64,000 bases of DNA from the IMG/VR virus record IMGVR_UViG_3300020152_000023, positions 1,631 to 65,630 of that record; one strand, written 5' to 3'. Below, piece after piece: positions 7,585 through 16,756 of the stretch. This DNA comes from a virus. Taxonomy: Duplodnaviria; Caudoviricetes. Numbering within the stretch: position 1 is the stretch's first letter; the number at the start of each line of letters is the position of its first letter. The translations under genes were made by a program, and so were the position numbers. Under the pieces are notes generated by a model. That model was not told the origin of the DNA, ran no database searches, and was given only the letters and a program-made list of their open reading frames with translations.

Positions 7585-7836
7585 ATGGCATGGACAGCGA
7601 GCGGCGAGCACTGGAGCGAAGAGATCACCGTCATCTATGACGATGAAACCGACCCGGAACGGCTCTACTATCTCAAGCTGGCGTATGTCGTCCAACTGCA
7701 TGAGGAAGGCCCGTGGTATGCTTGTTGTCTAGGCCAGCGCTTCGGGGGTTTCGATACCAAGGAACGCGCCATGCGGCGTTGCGGTGAGTGGCTGGCCGAC
7801 AACTGGCACAAGGTCGAATGGAAGAAGGCGCAATGA
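7585..7836 (+). CDS. Hypothetical protein
   Basis: SD AGGAG. Confidence 0.6.
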   Translation: MAWTASGEHWSEEITVIYDDETDPERLYYLKLAYVVQLHEEGPWYACCLGQRFGGFDTKERAMRRCGEWLADNWHKVEWKKAQ

Positions 7837-8321
7837 GCATCAAGTGGGAGAAGACCGGCTATAGCGGCACCTATTCCAAAGGGCCGAGCGCCGAAGAGAT
7901 TCTGCGCTGGTACGAGGCCCCGAAATACAGCCACCCCTATAAGGACTTGGAAGACGCGATCCTACGGCAAGCGGCCGAAGCATTGGGAATCAAAGAGGAA
8001 CACATGAGCGCCGGCCCGAGGCAACCTAACAGCCGAACTACGACCGATCCGAAAACCGGCAAGCGGACGCGCGAGATCAATCCTGATTTCAAGCCGACGC
8101 CGAAGCCCAAGCCGCGCGGCGTGCAAATCCAAGCCAACGTTATCGCCGGGCCGAACGTCTTCGAGGTACGCATGCCCAACGGCTACTATCTGGCCGATGA
8201 GACGGGCTACCCGTGCGACATCGGCGGTTCCTACGACGCCGGCCCGGAATTCACGACAGTTGATGAAGCGCTGCGCAAGTTCGTGCATGTCGCCGAGAAA
8301 TTCAGGGAGTTCTACCCATGA
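7833..8321 (+). CDS. Hypothetical protein
   Basis: ATGA-coupled start MSIKWEK. Confidence 0.6.
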   Translation: MSIKWEKTGYSGTYSKGPSAEEILRWYEAPKYSHPYKDLEDAILRQAAEALGIKEEHMSAGPRQPNSRTTTDPKTGKRTREINPDFKPTPKPKPRGVQIQANVIAGPNVFEVRMPNGYYLADETGYPCDIGGSYDAGPEFTTVDEALRKFVHVAEKFREFYP

Positions 8322-8719
8322 CTCACACCATCGCCAAGGCCCCGTGTAAGTCGTGCCCGTATCGCTGCGATGTCCCGTCGGGCGTCTGGGCCGAGCACGA
8401 ATACGAGAAGCTTCCGCGCTATGACGGCGAGATCGCAGAACAAGTCTTCAATGGAGCGTGGGGCGTCTTCGATTGCCACCAACGCGACGGTAATCTATGT
8501 GCCGGGTGGGTGGCCTGCCATGGCGCGGATAACTTGCTCGCCTTCCGGATGACGCGCGAAGAGATCGCGCCGGAAGTCTGGGGTTACGAGAGCCCCGTGC
8601 CCGTTTTCAAGAGCGGCGAGGAAGCCGCCGCGCACGGCCTGCGGGATATCGAGAATCCCGGCGTCTGGGCGCAATCCATGATCAACAGATTGATGAGAAA
8701 GCTGGAGCGCGAGGGATGA
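8318..8719 (+). CDS. Cys-rich phage protein (DUF6283-like)
   Basis: PCKSCPYR.DVPSGVW...EY.KL..YD, F.CHQ....LCAGW..CHG. Confidence 0.7.
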   Translation: MTHTIAKAPCKSCPYRCDVPSGVWAEHEYEKLPRYDGEIAEQVFNGAWGVFDCHQRDGNLCAGWVACHGADNLLAFRMTREEIAPEVWGYESPVPVFKSGEEAAAHGLRDIENPGVWAQSMINRLMRKLEREG

Positions 8720-9459
8720 GATACGGGGAATCCGCAACCGAGCGCGAACTATTCGACGTGGCCAAGGGCGATGAGAAACGCATGGAAGTGCTGAAGGCCC
8801 GGCGCGCCCGTTCGGTTTCCCGCAGTCGGCTCATAACGTGCCCTTCCTGCCTCGTGGACGGCCACGCGAACCGGGACAAGGCCGACATCTGCAATTACTG
8901 CCTGCGGCTCTTGTGGAAGGCCGAGGACGCCTCGAAGATGGCTGACGAAGGCAACCCCTATGTCATCCCCGTTCGTTCGGTGCGCGCCGAGCATCACTTG
9001 CCGCATCCGCATCTCTCGGCCCACAAATACGATCCGACCGAAAACGCCGTTTTCGCAAAAGAAGGCTCATGGCGCGATGGCCGAATGGAAGAGTCGCCAG
9101 CCCGGATCATGCAAAAGCTCTTCAACGAAATAATCGAGGCAATGGCTGAGGCTTACCCCGTGCCGGCCACGCTGGAGCAAGGGGCCGCCACGTTCCTAAA
9201 CAGCTCATATACCGGCGATCTTTATACGATGATGCCGCGCAAGATGCTCGCCAGTCTTCTCCAGCTTTGGGCGTTCATCACTTGGGATTCCGCCGCGTCC
9301 TACGCCCAAGGCTTCTCGGATGGTAGTGATCTCATCCGGGGCATGCTCAACGGCAACTTGACCGCCGACGCATTCGCCGAGGAAGTCGGCGGGCGCACGG
9401 CTCGGCAACGCGAGGCCATCATTCGCGCTGAAGAAGGGAAGGGACACAACAGACCATGA
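8716..9459 (+). CDS. Hypothetical protein with CxxC...CxxC Zn finger
   Basis: CPSC and CNYC; ATGA-coupled. Confidence 0.65.
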   Translation: MRYGESATERELFDVAKGDEKRMEVLKARRARSVSRSRLITCPSCLVDGHANRDKADICNYCLRLLWKAEDASKMADEGNPYVIPVRSVRAEHHLPHPHLSAHKYDPTENAVFAKEGSWRDGRMEESPARIMQKLFNEIIEAMAEAYPVPATLEQGAATFLNSSYTGDLYTMMPRKMLASLLQLWAFITWDSAASYAQGFSDGSDLIRGMLNGNLTADAFAEEVGGRTARQREAIIRAEEGKGHNRP

Positions 9460-9917
9460 CCGAGCCCACCGAAATCGTCTACCTCGGCCGCCGCATGGGA
9501 TCGGACGGGAAAATCCATCACGCGATCATCACGCATGCCTTGCTGGAGAAGCACAACGGCCTCGCCGCCGACTATGTGGAGCGGCGCGCCAGTTGGTTCC
9601 AGCTCAAGAAAGCACCGGCCGCCGTCGGCGGCGTTTACCTCGCCCCGGCGACGCTGGATGAGAACGGCAAGGTGATCGAAGTCGTCTCCGGGCAGATGGA
9701 ATACAGGCGCGCCGAGACACACCCGCACGAGGCCACATGGCGCACGTTCGACCGGATGGCTGAAACCGCCAAGCGCCGCAAGGCCATGGAGGCCCGAGCG
9801 GCCAAGGATTCTGCGCTGGAACGTATGGTCGATCCGCTTCGCAGGACGTATAAGGCCCTCGCACCGAGCGACCGATTGGCGTTCCAACTATGGCTGATTA
9901 ATCAACTGATTAAATGA
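9456..9917 (+). CDS. Hypothetical protein
   Basis: ATGA-coupled; GC3-rich codons. Confidence 0.65.
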   Translation: MTEPTEIVYLGRRMGSDGKIHHAIITHALLEKHNGLAADYVERRASWFQLKKAPAAVGGVYLAPATLDENGKVIEVVSGQMEYRRAETHPHEATWRTFDRMAETAKRRKAMEARAAKDSALERMVDPLRRTYKALAPSDRLAFQLWLINQLIK

Positions 9918-10004
9918 TGGACAGGAAGACTGGAATGGTTCGAAGCATCGCAACAATCGCCATTCTAGCCCTTCTGATCTATCTCATGCTCACCGCATTC
10001 CCCG

Positions 10005-10033
10005 GTTGACCACCAACAAATAGTTGGTTATGT
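10005..10033 (+). promoter_or_regulatory. Promoter with embedded CCAAC-N5-GTTGG operator
   Basis: GTTGAC-N17-TTATGT; CCAACAAATAGTTGG at 10013-10027. Confidence 0.75.
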
Positions 10034-10064
10034 CTACCGTGCCCTCCTGACGAAAGGACATCCG

Positions 10065-10556
10065 ATGGCATTGACCCTGAAAGACCAATTCCAGATTAAG
10101 ACCGTGCCGGCCTACCAAGCGGCCGACGGCAAGCGCTTCCACGATTTGACCGAGGCTCGAGTCCACACCCGCGACAAGATGCTTGAATCGATGATCGCAA
10201 CGGCCATCAAGGATCACCCGGAATTCGCCCGGCTCGACAAGCCCTTGCTAAAGGAATTCCTCCTGAAGACAGGCACCGTCGCCGGCAAGATCATGGCCGA
10301 GCCACTGGAGCCGAGCGTTCCACCCGTCGCGGCCATCAAGGTCGAAGCCTCGGCCGATGACGATCTCGCCGAACGACTGCGCCGGCTGGCGGCCGCCGGC
10401 CATGACGCAACCACTACGCCCGTCATGCCGCGCACCCAAAACCCCGACATCTTCCGCAACGGCGGCCCGGCGAATTCGACCATTGCCGCCGCGCGCGCCG
10501 TGGACGCCGATTTAGAGCGTGAGGTTGAAGCCGAGCTGGCGAGGCAGATCGGATGA
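10065..10556 (+). CDS. Hypothetical protein
   Basis: SD AAGGA; first gene after the promoter. Confidence 0.7.
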   Translation: MALTLKDQFQIKTVPAYQAADGKRFHDLTEARVHTRDKMLESMIATAIKDHPEFARLDKPLLKEFLLKTGTVAGKIMAEPLEPSVPPVAAIKVEASADDDLAERLRRLAAAGHDATTTPVMPRTQNPDIFRNGGPANSTIAAARAVDADLEREVEAELARQIG

Positions 10557-10984
10557 AAGATCGGCTGCGCCCCTTGATCCAGAAACTCATCAAGCCGGTG
10601 CGGCCGCAACTTCTCCGGCTCGCTCTCTACCTCATTGAGCGGCGGTATCGTGGCCACCCCATCACGATCTATCGCGAGTACGATGAGGGCGAGCCGGAGG
10701 ACGTTTTCACGGGGCATATGGACACCGTTCGCGTCTCGAAGACCGACGGCCGGATCATGTTGACCCTTGTGGAAGACGGGCACTTTACCGCCTTCCAAAG
10801 CGTCGAGCATGTCGATTTCAGGAGCGTGAAATGGAACATGAAAAAGCGGCGGTTCGAAGCGCCGAAATTCGTTCGTCCGGTGGCAACCCCGTCGTCTGGT
10901 TCGAAACCCGTTCAATCAAGCCGCACACTTTCATCTGCGTTGTCAATGGTCAAGGATTCGAGGGACCGTGGCACGAGATCGTAG
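10553..10984 (+). CDS. Hypothetical protein
   Basis: ATGA-coupled; 3' end overlaps the next ORF. Confidence 0.6.
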   Translation: MKDRLRPLIQKLIKPVRPQLLRLALYLIERRYRGHPITIYREYDEGEPEDVFTGHMDTVRVSKTDGRIMLTLVEDGHFTAFQSVEHVDFRSVKWNMKKRRFEAPKFVRPVATPSSGSKPVQSSRTLSSALSMVKDSRDRGTRS

Positions 10985-11118
10985 CCGCCGGCTTCCTCGA
11001 AAAGCCGGGCGTCGTCATGCTCTGCAACCCAATCACCAAGGCGCAGCTCGACGCCGCGATCAAGAAATCGCAGCGCAAGTTCAAGCCGGGTGAAGCCGTA
11101 CCGGGGATCGCACGATGA
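10831..11118 (+). CDS. Hypothetical protein
   Basis: SD GGAG at 10821; ATGA-coupled to the next gene. Confidence 0.5.
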   Translation: MEHEKAAVRSAEIRSSGGNPVVWFETRSIKPHTFICVVNGQGFEGPWHEIVAAGFLEKPGVVMLCNPITKAQLDAAIKKSQRKFKPGEAVPGIAR

Positions 11119-11300
11119 CCGACGCGCTCACCGCCGCCGAACAACGTTTGGCGCAATACCTCGCCGACAATCCCTTGAGCCCGGAAGAAATCGACCGGGT
11201 TCGGAACTACATGGCGAAAAAGTGGGGCCTCGATCCTGAGACAGGCAAGGCCCCCGAGCCGAAGATCATCGGATATGCAAAGACAGGGCCGCAGGAATGA
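11115..11300 (+). CDS. Hypothetical protein
   Basis: Coupled ORF. Confidence 0.55.
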   Translation: MTDALTAAEQRLAQYLADNPLSPEEIDRVRNYMAKKWGLDPETGKAPEPKIIGYAKTGPQE

Positions 11301-11578
11301 CCGCAGTTAACATCACCCGGCCCGACGGCCGCCCGGAAGTCTACGACACCATCGGCGAGAGCCACGCCAATTGCTACAATTGCCTTCTGGAGGGCAACCA
11401 CCTCGCCTATGGCAACGGCTCGATCTTCATGTGCTCGCCAATCGACGCGCCGGATGGACAAGCCCATTGGGTTTGCATCAAGCACCTCCCCGACAACGTG
11501 GTGATCTACGATCCGGTGAGCGACCTATGCCGTTCGAAAGACGGGCAAACGGTCTGGCACGAGGGAGCGAAGAATTGA
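11297..11578 (+). CDS. Cys/His-rich hypothetical protein
   Basis: Coupled ORF; CYNC, CIKH. Confidence 0.6.
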   Translation: MTAVNITRPDGRPEVYDTIGESHANCYNCLLEGNHLAYGNGSIFMCSPIDAPDGQAHWVCIKHLPDNVVIYDPVSDLCRSKDGQTVWHEGAKN

Positions 11579-11814
11579 CCGATCCGACCCCCATGCACAA
11601 GGAATTCGGCCTCTACACCGGCACGATGCAGCCGAAAGACCTAGTGGCCAAGGTCAAGGTTCCGCGTTTCGCCAAGGGTGAGCCCGACGTAATCCAATGG
11701 GGATCGCGCTACTTCAAGCGCTCCGGCCACACCGATGAGAATCAGGAGTGGAAGTATCTGGAATGCTTTGTCTATGCCGTGCCGTCCGTCATCGAAAGGC
11801 CGGGGAATGGCTAA
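11575..11814 (+). CDS. Hypothetical protein (start uncertain)
   Basis: TTGA overlap with the upstream stop; SD GAGGGAG. Confidence 0.5.
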   Translation: MTDPTPMHKEFGLYTGTMQPKDLVAKVKVPRFAKGEPDVIQWGSRYFKRSGHTDENQEWKYLECFVYAVPSVIERPGNG

Positions 11815-12034
11815 GAAACGGTTTCGCATCCGCCCGCGCCGCCGCGATAACGTTCTCGAATGGCTCGTGCTTCCGTGGGTTCCGGCCCGCACGCCGGCCA
11901 AAATCCTCTCGGTAGAAACCACGCCCGAGGCGGCTATGCACGTCGCCATGAACGGCCGGCCGCCGAGATCGTACCGGCCCGACCAACCCATCCCCACGGC
12001 CGGCGATAGCCGACCGCCATATCCGGAGCACTAA
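11807..12034 (+). CDS. Basic hypothetical protein
   Basis: Start MAKKRF; fills the operon. Confidence 0.5.
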   Translation: MAKKRFRIRPRRRDNVLEWLVLPWVPARTPAKILSVETTPEAAMHVAMNGRPPRSYRPDQPIPTAGDSRPPYPEH

Positions 12035-12328
12035 ATGGCCGAGCATCATTTGAAGACCCTTCCGCAGTTCTGGGCGTCCGTCGAGAAGGGCGAGAAGACA
12101 TTCGAGGCCCGGCAAAACGACCGCGATTACAAGCCGGGTGATGAGCTGCACCTGTATCGCTACGACGAGTCCGATCTCCCGAAAAACTTCGAATTCGACC
12201 GGCACAAGCACAAGCTGCCCAAGCTGGTTTTCAAGGCCGGGATGATCCTCTACGGGCCGGGCTACGGTCTGGCCGCCGGCTACGCCGTGATCTCCCTCTT
12301 GCCCGTCAACCCGGAGAAGAAGAAATGA
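12035..12328 (+). CDS. ASCH/PUA-like (DUF3850) domain protein
   Basis: H.LK..P.F...V..G.KTFE.R.NDRDYK.GD.L.L signature. Confidence 0.8.
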   Translation: MAEHHLKTLPQFWASVEKGEKTFEARQNDRDYKPGDELHLYRYDESDLPKNFEFDRHKHKLPKLVFKAGMILYGPGYGLAAGYAVISLLPVNPEKKK

Positions 12329-12594
12329 CACATGCGGAAGAGCAAGCCGAACGCGACGCCAAGCGGCCCAAAAGTCCGCTCAACGATTTGGGCGTTTTCC
12401 TCGGCAAGGATGTCCTACCGAAGATCTACGGCCAGCGCATGGCCTTTGCCCTTCTGATCTTCGAGTTCGGCGCGGAAAAAGGCCAGTCCGACTATATCAG
12501 CAACGCCGACCGCAAAGACATGATCACGGCCATGAAGGAATTCATAGCACAGGCCGAGGGCATGTCAGCGCCAGTTCCGGAGACTCCGCAATGA
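12325..12594 (+). CDS. Conserved phage hypothetical protein (FALL.F.FG...YISNA.R.DM..AMKE)
   Basis: Coupled ORF. Confidence 0.65.
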   Translation: MTHAEEQAERDAKRPKSPLNDLGVFLGKDVLPKIYGQRMAFALLIFEFGAEKGQSDYISNADRKDMITAMKEFIAQAEGMSAPVPETPQ

Positions 12595-12908
12595 GCCAAG
12601 TGCCAGACGCCGCGAAAGAAGAAGTTTTCACCAAGATCGCCGAGGAAGCCGGCGAGATCGTGCAAGCGGTTTGCAAGCTTCTCCAGCACGGGGAATTCAG
12701 CTACCACCCGAAGGCTGACCAAGGCCACAATTTGCATCATCTGTCCAAGGAACTCGGCGACATGCTGGGGCTCATCAAGTGGGCTTTCTACATGGGCTAT
12801 CTCGATCCCTACGCCGTGCAAGAGGCGGCGCGGACGAAGATGGAGCGGGTTGCCGTGTACGCGCATAACATCCACGTCCCGGAAGGCTATGTGCCGCACG
12901 ATCTCTAA
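12591..12908 (+). CDS. MazG-like nucleotide pyrophosphohydrolase
   Basis: EEAGE...K...ELGD (ExxE...ExxD) all-alpha motif. Confidence 0.7.
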   Translation: MSQVPDAAKEEVFTKIAEEAGEIVQAVCKLLQHGEFSYHPKADQGHNLHHLSKELGDMLGLIKWAFYMGYLDPYAVQEAARTKMERVAVYAHNIHVPEGYVPHDL

Positions 12909-13420
12909 TGCCCGAACGCTTCTGGACATCGAACGGCTTTCAGTTTTCCGTGAGCGATATCGACGTGGCACGGGTGAAAGACAAGCGCTGGTACGCCGAC
13001 GTTTCGAAGTCGAGCGGTCTGCCTTACGTCCGCTCCGACTTCCGCGTGAACGGCAAGCACGTTTGCCTCTATCTGCACAAGATCATCGTGGGCGCGCCGC
13101 CGCATCTGCGGGTGGATCACAAGAATAACGACACGCTCTGCAATGAGCGGCCGAACCTCCGGGTGGCGACCTATCAGCAAAACAACGCCAACCGCCGGCC
13201 GTTCGCCAAGAGCGGCTTCAAGGGTGTCTATGCCGACCGAAACTGTTTCCGCGCCCGGATCACCCACAATGAGAAGACGCTGAATCTCGGGCACTTCCAG
13301 ACAAAGGAAGACGCGGCCCGCGCCTACGATGCCAAAGCATTCGAACTCTATGGGGAATTCGCATGGCTCAACTTCCCCGAAGAGCACATAACGAGCCTAC
13401 CCGACATCCCTTTCCCCTGA
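12908..13420 (+). CDS. HNH endonuclease with AP2 DNA-binding domain
   Basis: VDHKNNDTLCNERPNLR (HNH_3); SGFKGV...FRARI...LGHF.T.EDAARAYD..A...GEFA.LNFP (AP2). Confidence 0.9.
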   Translation: MPERFWTSNGFQFSVSDIDVARVKDKRWYADVSKSSGLPYVRSDFRVNGKHVCLYLHKIIVGAPPHLRVDHKNNDTLCNERPNLRVATYQQNNANRRPFAKSGFKGVYADRNCFRARITHNEKTLNLGHFQTKEDAARAYDAKAFELYGEFAWLNFPEEHITSLPDIPFP

Positions 13421-13434
13421 AGCTGGAGATACCA

Positions 13435-14055
13435 ATGCCGAATCTGATCCTGAATAGCCTACGCCGTGCCAACACCGAACGCGCGAAAATCTGGGGCGCG
13501 AGCGGCAAGATCGACATGGATTGGCGCATGAACGAGCTGGCCGGCGAAACGGGCGAGGCCTGCAACGTGCTCAAGAAACTCGTGCGCGAGTCGGCCGGCG
13601 AGGTGGGATCGCGAGCCACGGTCGAGCACGCTATCGCCGAGCTGGCGGATATCGCCATTTGCCTCGATCTCGCGGCCATGGCCGCCAACCTCCCGGAGTT
13701 CCGCACGACGGAAGCGGCCGAACCGCTGCCCGCCCATTTCGATCTCAATGCTCACGGGATATGGCTTTACACGACTGTCAGTGAGCTTGTTGGCGCGCAC
13801 TTCATGCAGTTCATCTCGCCGACCGACAACCGCGGTTCCGAGCGCATGCCGGCCGAGCTTTTCCGGTCCTACCAGTTGGACCACGTTATCTATTCCATGG
13901 CCGTCGTCAACGCCGTGGCGCGCAAGCTCGGCATCGTGGACATGCGACAGGCCATCTCGAAAAAGTTCAATGCCACGTCACATAAGAACGGCCTGCCCGT
14001 CTTCCTCAATCTCGAAGACGTGCTGACGACAAGCGAGGTGATCCCCAATGTGTGA
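13435..14055 (+). CDS. MazG-like nucleotide pyrophosphohydrolase with C-terminal extension
   Basis: ELAGETGEACN..KK..R....ELADI..C.DL; KKFNATS; SD GGAG before ATG 13435. Confidence 0.75.
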   Translation: MPNLILNSLRRANTERAKIWGASGKIDMDWRMNELAGETGEACNVLKKLVRESAGEVGSRATVEHAIAELADIAICLDLAAMAANLPEFRTTEAAEPLPAHFDLNAHGIWLYTTVSELVGAHFMQFISPTDNRGSERMPAELFRSYQLDHVIYSMAVVNAVARKLGIVDMRQAISKKFNATSHKNGLPVFLNLEDVLTTSEVIPNV

Positions 14056-14362
14056 TTGCATCGCGCAAATGAATGAAAAGCTGGCCCCGCGCAACACCCG
14101 GCTTGTCGTGCCCATCCTCTTTACCATGCGCGGCGCGCCAATTCCGCCCGACACCGTTTTCATTTCAACCGAGCAGATCGAACGCGGGCGCGGGAAGGCG
14201 AAAGCCACGCTGGCCGTGGCCACCTACTGCCCGTTCTGCGGCTCGAAATACGCCGTGGGACAAGCGTTGACGCCCGATCCGTTGGCCGTCAAAACGGAAG
14301 TGCATGTCATGGTTCCGGGCACCCCCATATCGCCAACCGGGACGGACCCAAGAGACGCTTGA
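14048..14362 (+). CDS. Cys-rich phage protein (MCDC...YCPFCG)
   Basis: N-terminal CxC and C-terminal CPFCG. Confidence 0.65.
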   Translation: MCDCIAQMNEKLAPRNTRLVVPILFTMRGAPIPPDTVFISTEQIERGRGKAKATLAVATYCPFCGSKYAVGQALTPDPLAVKTEVHVMVPGTPISPTGTDPRDA

Positions 14363-14386
14363 CTGCCAACAAATAGTTGGCTAGTG
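14358..14386 (+). promoter_or_regulatory. Promoter with embedded CCAAC-N5-GTTGG operator
   Basis: CTTGAC-N17-CTAGTG; CCAACAAATAGTTGG at 14366-14380. Confidence 0.7.
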
Positions 14387-14410
14387 TGCGGCTCTGAAAT
14401 GGAGTCGCAC

Positions 14411-14836
14411 ATGATCCGAATGCCCCCCGCCGCCGTGGATGTCATCCTTGACAGCATCATGGTTCGTGACCCCCGCGTAGTCCTCGAAGAGCGTCGTGCG
14501 CGTTGGGTCCAACAGGTCTGCGCCATCAAGCCGGGTGTCTCGGCCGCTGCAATTCACCGCGTATCAAACATGATCATCCAGTGCGCTTTTCGGATCGGCC
14601 GCATGTCTGCCATTGATCCGCAGATGCTTGCGCCCTTCTTCCTCGGTGTCACCTGTAAGTGGCTTATCGAAGGCCATGTGATGGACCCCGATCATCTCGT
14701 GGACCGCTTGCCGACCACCGTTGAGGGTGTCGGCACAATGGTTGTGGCCGAGCAGATCAACCCCTTGACTGGCCGCCGCCTAACCGCTGCTGATCTCGCC
14801 GCCGCCCAAAAGGGCGGAAAGCTGATTCTTAATTGA
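14411..14836 (+). CDS. Hypothetical protein
   Basis: SD GGAG before ATG 14411. Confidence 0.65.
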   Translation: MIRMPPAAVDVILDSIMVRDPRVVLEERRARWVQQVCAIKPGVSAAAIHRVSNMIIQCAFRIGRMSAIDPQMLAPFFLGVTCKWLIEGHVMDPDHLVDRLPTTVEGVGTMVVAEQINPLTGRRLTAADLAAAQKGGKLILN

Positions 14837-14843
14837 GGTAACC

Positions 14844-15320
14844 ATGGCCATGAATAGGCAAGTCGGGGGCAACCACTATCTGAAGCTGCCTATGCAGCCA
14901 TTCCATTTCACACTCAACAATGGGTGGGATGCCGGCTCGCATACGATCCTGAAATACATCTCGCGCCACCGTAACGTCGAGCGCGAGGAAGCTATCGAAT
15001 CCCTGCGCAAGGCCTACCATATCGTGGAGATCATGGATCAAGCCATGCGCGAAGAGCGGTTCGTTTACACCGCCCTTGCGGCCATCAACGCGCCCGACGT
15101 TCAAAGCGCCGTCATTCCGCTTTCCGAGTATATCCGGGTTAACGGCATCGAAGAGATCGAAGCCGTGCCACTTCTCTATCTGGCCTTCTGGATTCGCCAA
15201 GAGCCGCTCTACATTTCCGACTCCGACAAAGCCGGCGGCTCGTTGCAAAACCTCAACGCAGCCATGATCAAAAACGCCATCGAAGACATCCTAATGCAAC
15301 GCTATGGAGTGAGCGCATGA
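14844..15320 (+). CDS. DUF3310-like domain protein
   Basis: RQVGGNHY....QP......ILKYISR.....E.L.KA.H. Confidence 0.7.
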   Translation: MAMNRQVGGNHYLKLPMQPFHFTLNNGWDAGSHTILKYISRHRNVEREEAIESLRKAYHIVEIMDQAMREERFVYTALAAINAPDVQSAVIPLSEYIRVNGIEEIEAVPLLYLAFWIRQEPLYISDSDKAGGSLQNLNAAMIKNAIEDILMQRYGVSA

Positions 15321-15946
15321 ATAACCAGATCGCGGCCGCGCAAGGCACGGTCCTACGCCAATATGACGAAGACGGCGACCACCGGGATTATCCGATTGTC
15401 GGTTGGTGGAACCTCACCGGCCAGCTCGCCCAACCCTTGATCCCCGTGCCGGGCATTCTCGTGGGACCGGGGAGTCTCATCATCGTGCCGCACAATGAAT
15501 GGGTGTCGCATATCTTCTGCCATCCGGCGAGCGGCATGGCCTTCATTGAAGAGGAAGCGGCGGCCGAGTTCGTCGGCAACTACCTCACCGAACACCCCCT
15601 GCCCAAGCCGGCTGAGAAGGCATCGCCGACGGCCGCGAAGAGCAACGCGCCTCAATCCAACCCGACAGCCCCCTTGCACTTCGGGGCCAAGGTCTACGCC
15701 ACCAAGAGCTTCTGGCACTGGCCCGATCAAAACGCCGTCTTCGAGATCGAGCCGAACGAGCCCTATCCGAACGATCCCCGCGTCAAGAAAGTGAAACGCG
15801 ATGAGTACGCGATCTTCAAGCGCGACGGGGCCAGCAAGATCGATCCGCACGGCGGCGAGGTGTTGGATGACGCCGACCGCAATGCCAAGACGGGCGGCGA
15901 CGATCCGGAGGTTCCCGATGAAGTCAATGTAGAGGACTTGGTTTAA
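15317..15946 (+). CDS. Hypothetical protein with acidic C-terminus
   Basis: ATGA-coupled, SD GGAG. Confidence 0.7.
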   Translation: MNNQIAAAQGTVLRQYDEDGDHRDYPIVGWWNLTGQLAQPLIPVPGILVGPGSLIIVPHNEWVSHIFCHPASGMAFIEEEAAAEFVGNYLTEHPLPKPAEKASPTAAKSNAPQSNPTAPLHFGAKVYATKSFWHWPDQNAVFEIEPNEPYPNDPRVKKVKRDEYAIFKRDGASKIDPHGGEVLDDADRNAKTGGDDPEVPDEVNVEDLV

Positions 15947-16299
15947 TGGCGCGCCGGGCGAGAGCACGCGGCGGCGACGGCCGCGAAACACACAAGAGCG
16001 ACAACGCGGCGGCCGTGGCGCGCGATCAGCTCCGGTCCTTTGTCGAGCGCATCGAACGGCTGGAGGAAGAGCGCAAGACAATCGGCGACGACATCAAGGA
16101 TGTCTATGGCGAGGCCAAGGGCACCGGCTTTGACGCCAAAATTCTGCGTAAGGTCATCCAAATCCGGAAACAGGATCGCGACGAACGCGCCGAGCAAGAG
16201 GCCATCCTTGAAACCTATCTCAACGCCCTCGGGATGCTCGACTACACGCCGGATGACGATCTCCGGGACGATGAGGGCGACGGCGAGGGCGTCGTATGA
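15946..16299 (+). CDS. gapR: GapR-like nucleoid-associated protein (DUF2312)
   Basis: [57 protein letters not shown] is the DUF2312/GapR signature. Confidence 0.9.
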   Translation: MARRARARGGDGRETHKSDNAAAVARDQLRSFVERIERLEEERKTIGDDIKDVYGEAKGTGFDAKILRKVIQIRKQDRDERAEQEAILETYLNALGMLDYTPDDDLRDDEGDGEGVV

Positions 16300-16505
16300 T
16301 CTTCGGCAACCTGTCAGTCGAGCGTGACGGCGAGCTGACAGTGTTCCAGCTCAACACCTACCATAAGGGCGTCCCGCACGCCCTTATGACCAAAGCCGAC
16401 CTAGCCAACCTCATCGCCTATCTCGGCACCGGCCCGGCCAAGCCCAAGAAAAAGGTGACCGTCGTGGTGTCTGAAGACGATTTCAATGTGGAGGACTTGA
16501 TATGA
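16296..16505 (+). CDS. Hypothetical protein
   Basis: Coupled ORF. Confidence 0.6.
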   Translation: MIFGNLSVERDGELTVFQLNTYHKGVPHALMTKADLANLIAYLGTGPAKPKKKVTVVVSEDDFNVEDLI

Positions 16506-16756
16506 AAATCCCGCATTCCAAGGGCATGCGTCGCACGCTCGAATGTTTGAAGGGCACCGGCCTGCCCTACGAGATCAAAACCGGGGGAAGCCATTTCAAG
16601 GTCTACGTTGCCGGCAAGATGGTGGGCGTCCTATCCTACTGCGGCAACTCCGGCACGGGCCGGGACACCCGAGAGATCGAGAACCGAATCCGACAGCGCG
16701 CCGATGAGATCAGGCGCGGCAACGAACACGCATTGAGGGCGCTGGAATGCTCATAA
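16502..16756 (+). CDS. HicA-like small protein
   Basis: 84 aa, basic, with GGSHFKV (HicA GSH-like motif); weak call. Confidence 0.45.
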   Translation: MKIPHSKGMRRTLECLKGTGLPYEIKTGGSHFKVYVAGKMVGVLSYCGNSGTGRDTREIENRIRQRADEIRRGNEHALRALECS

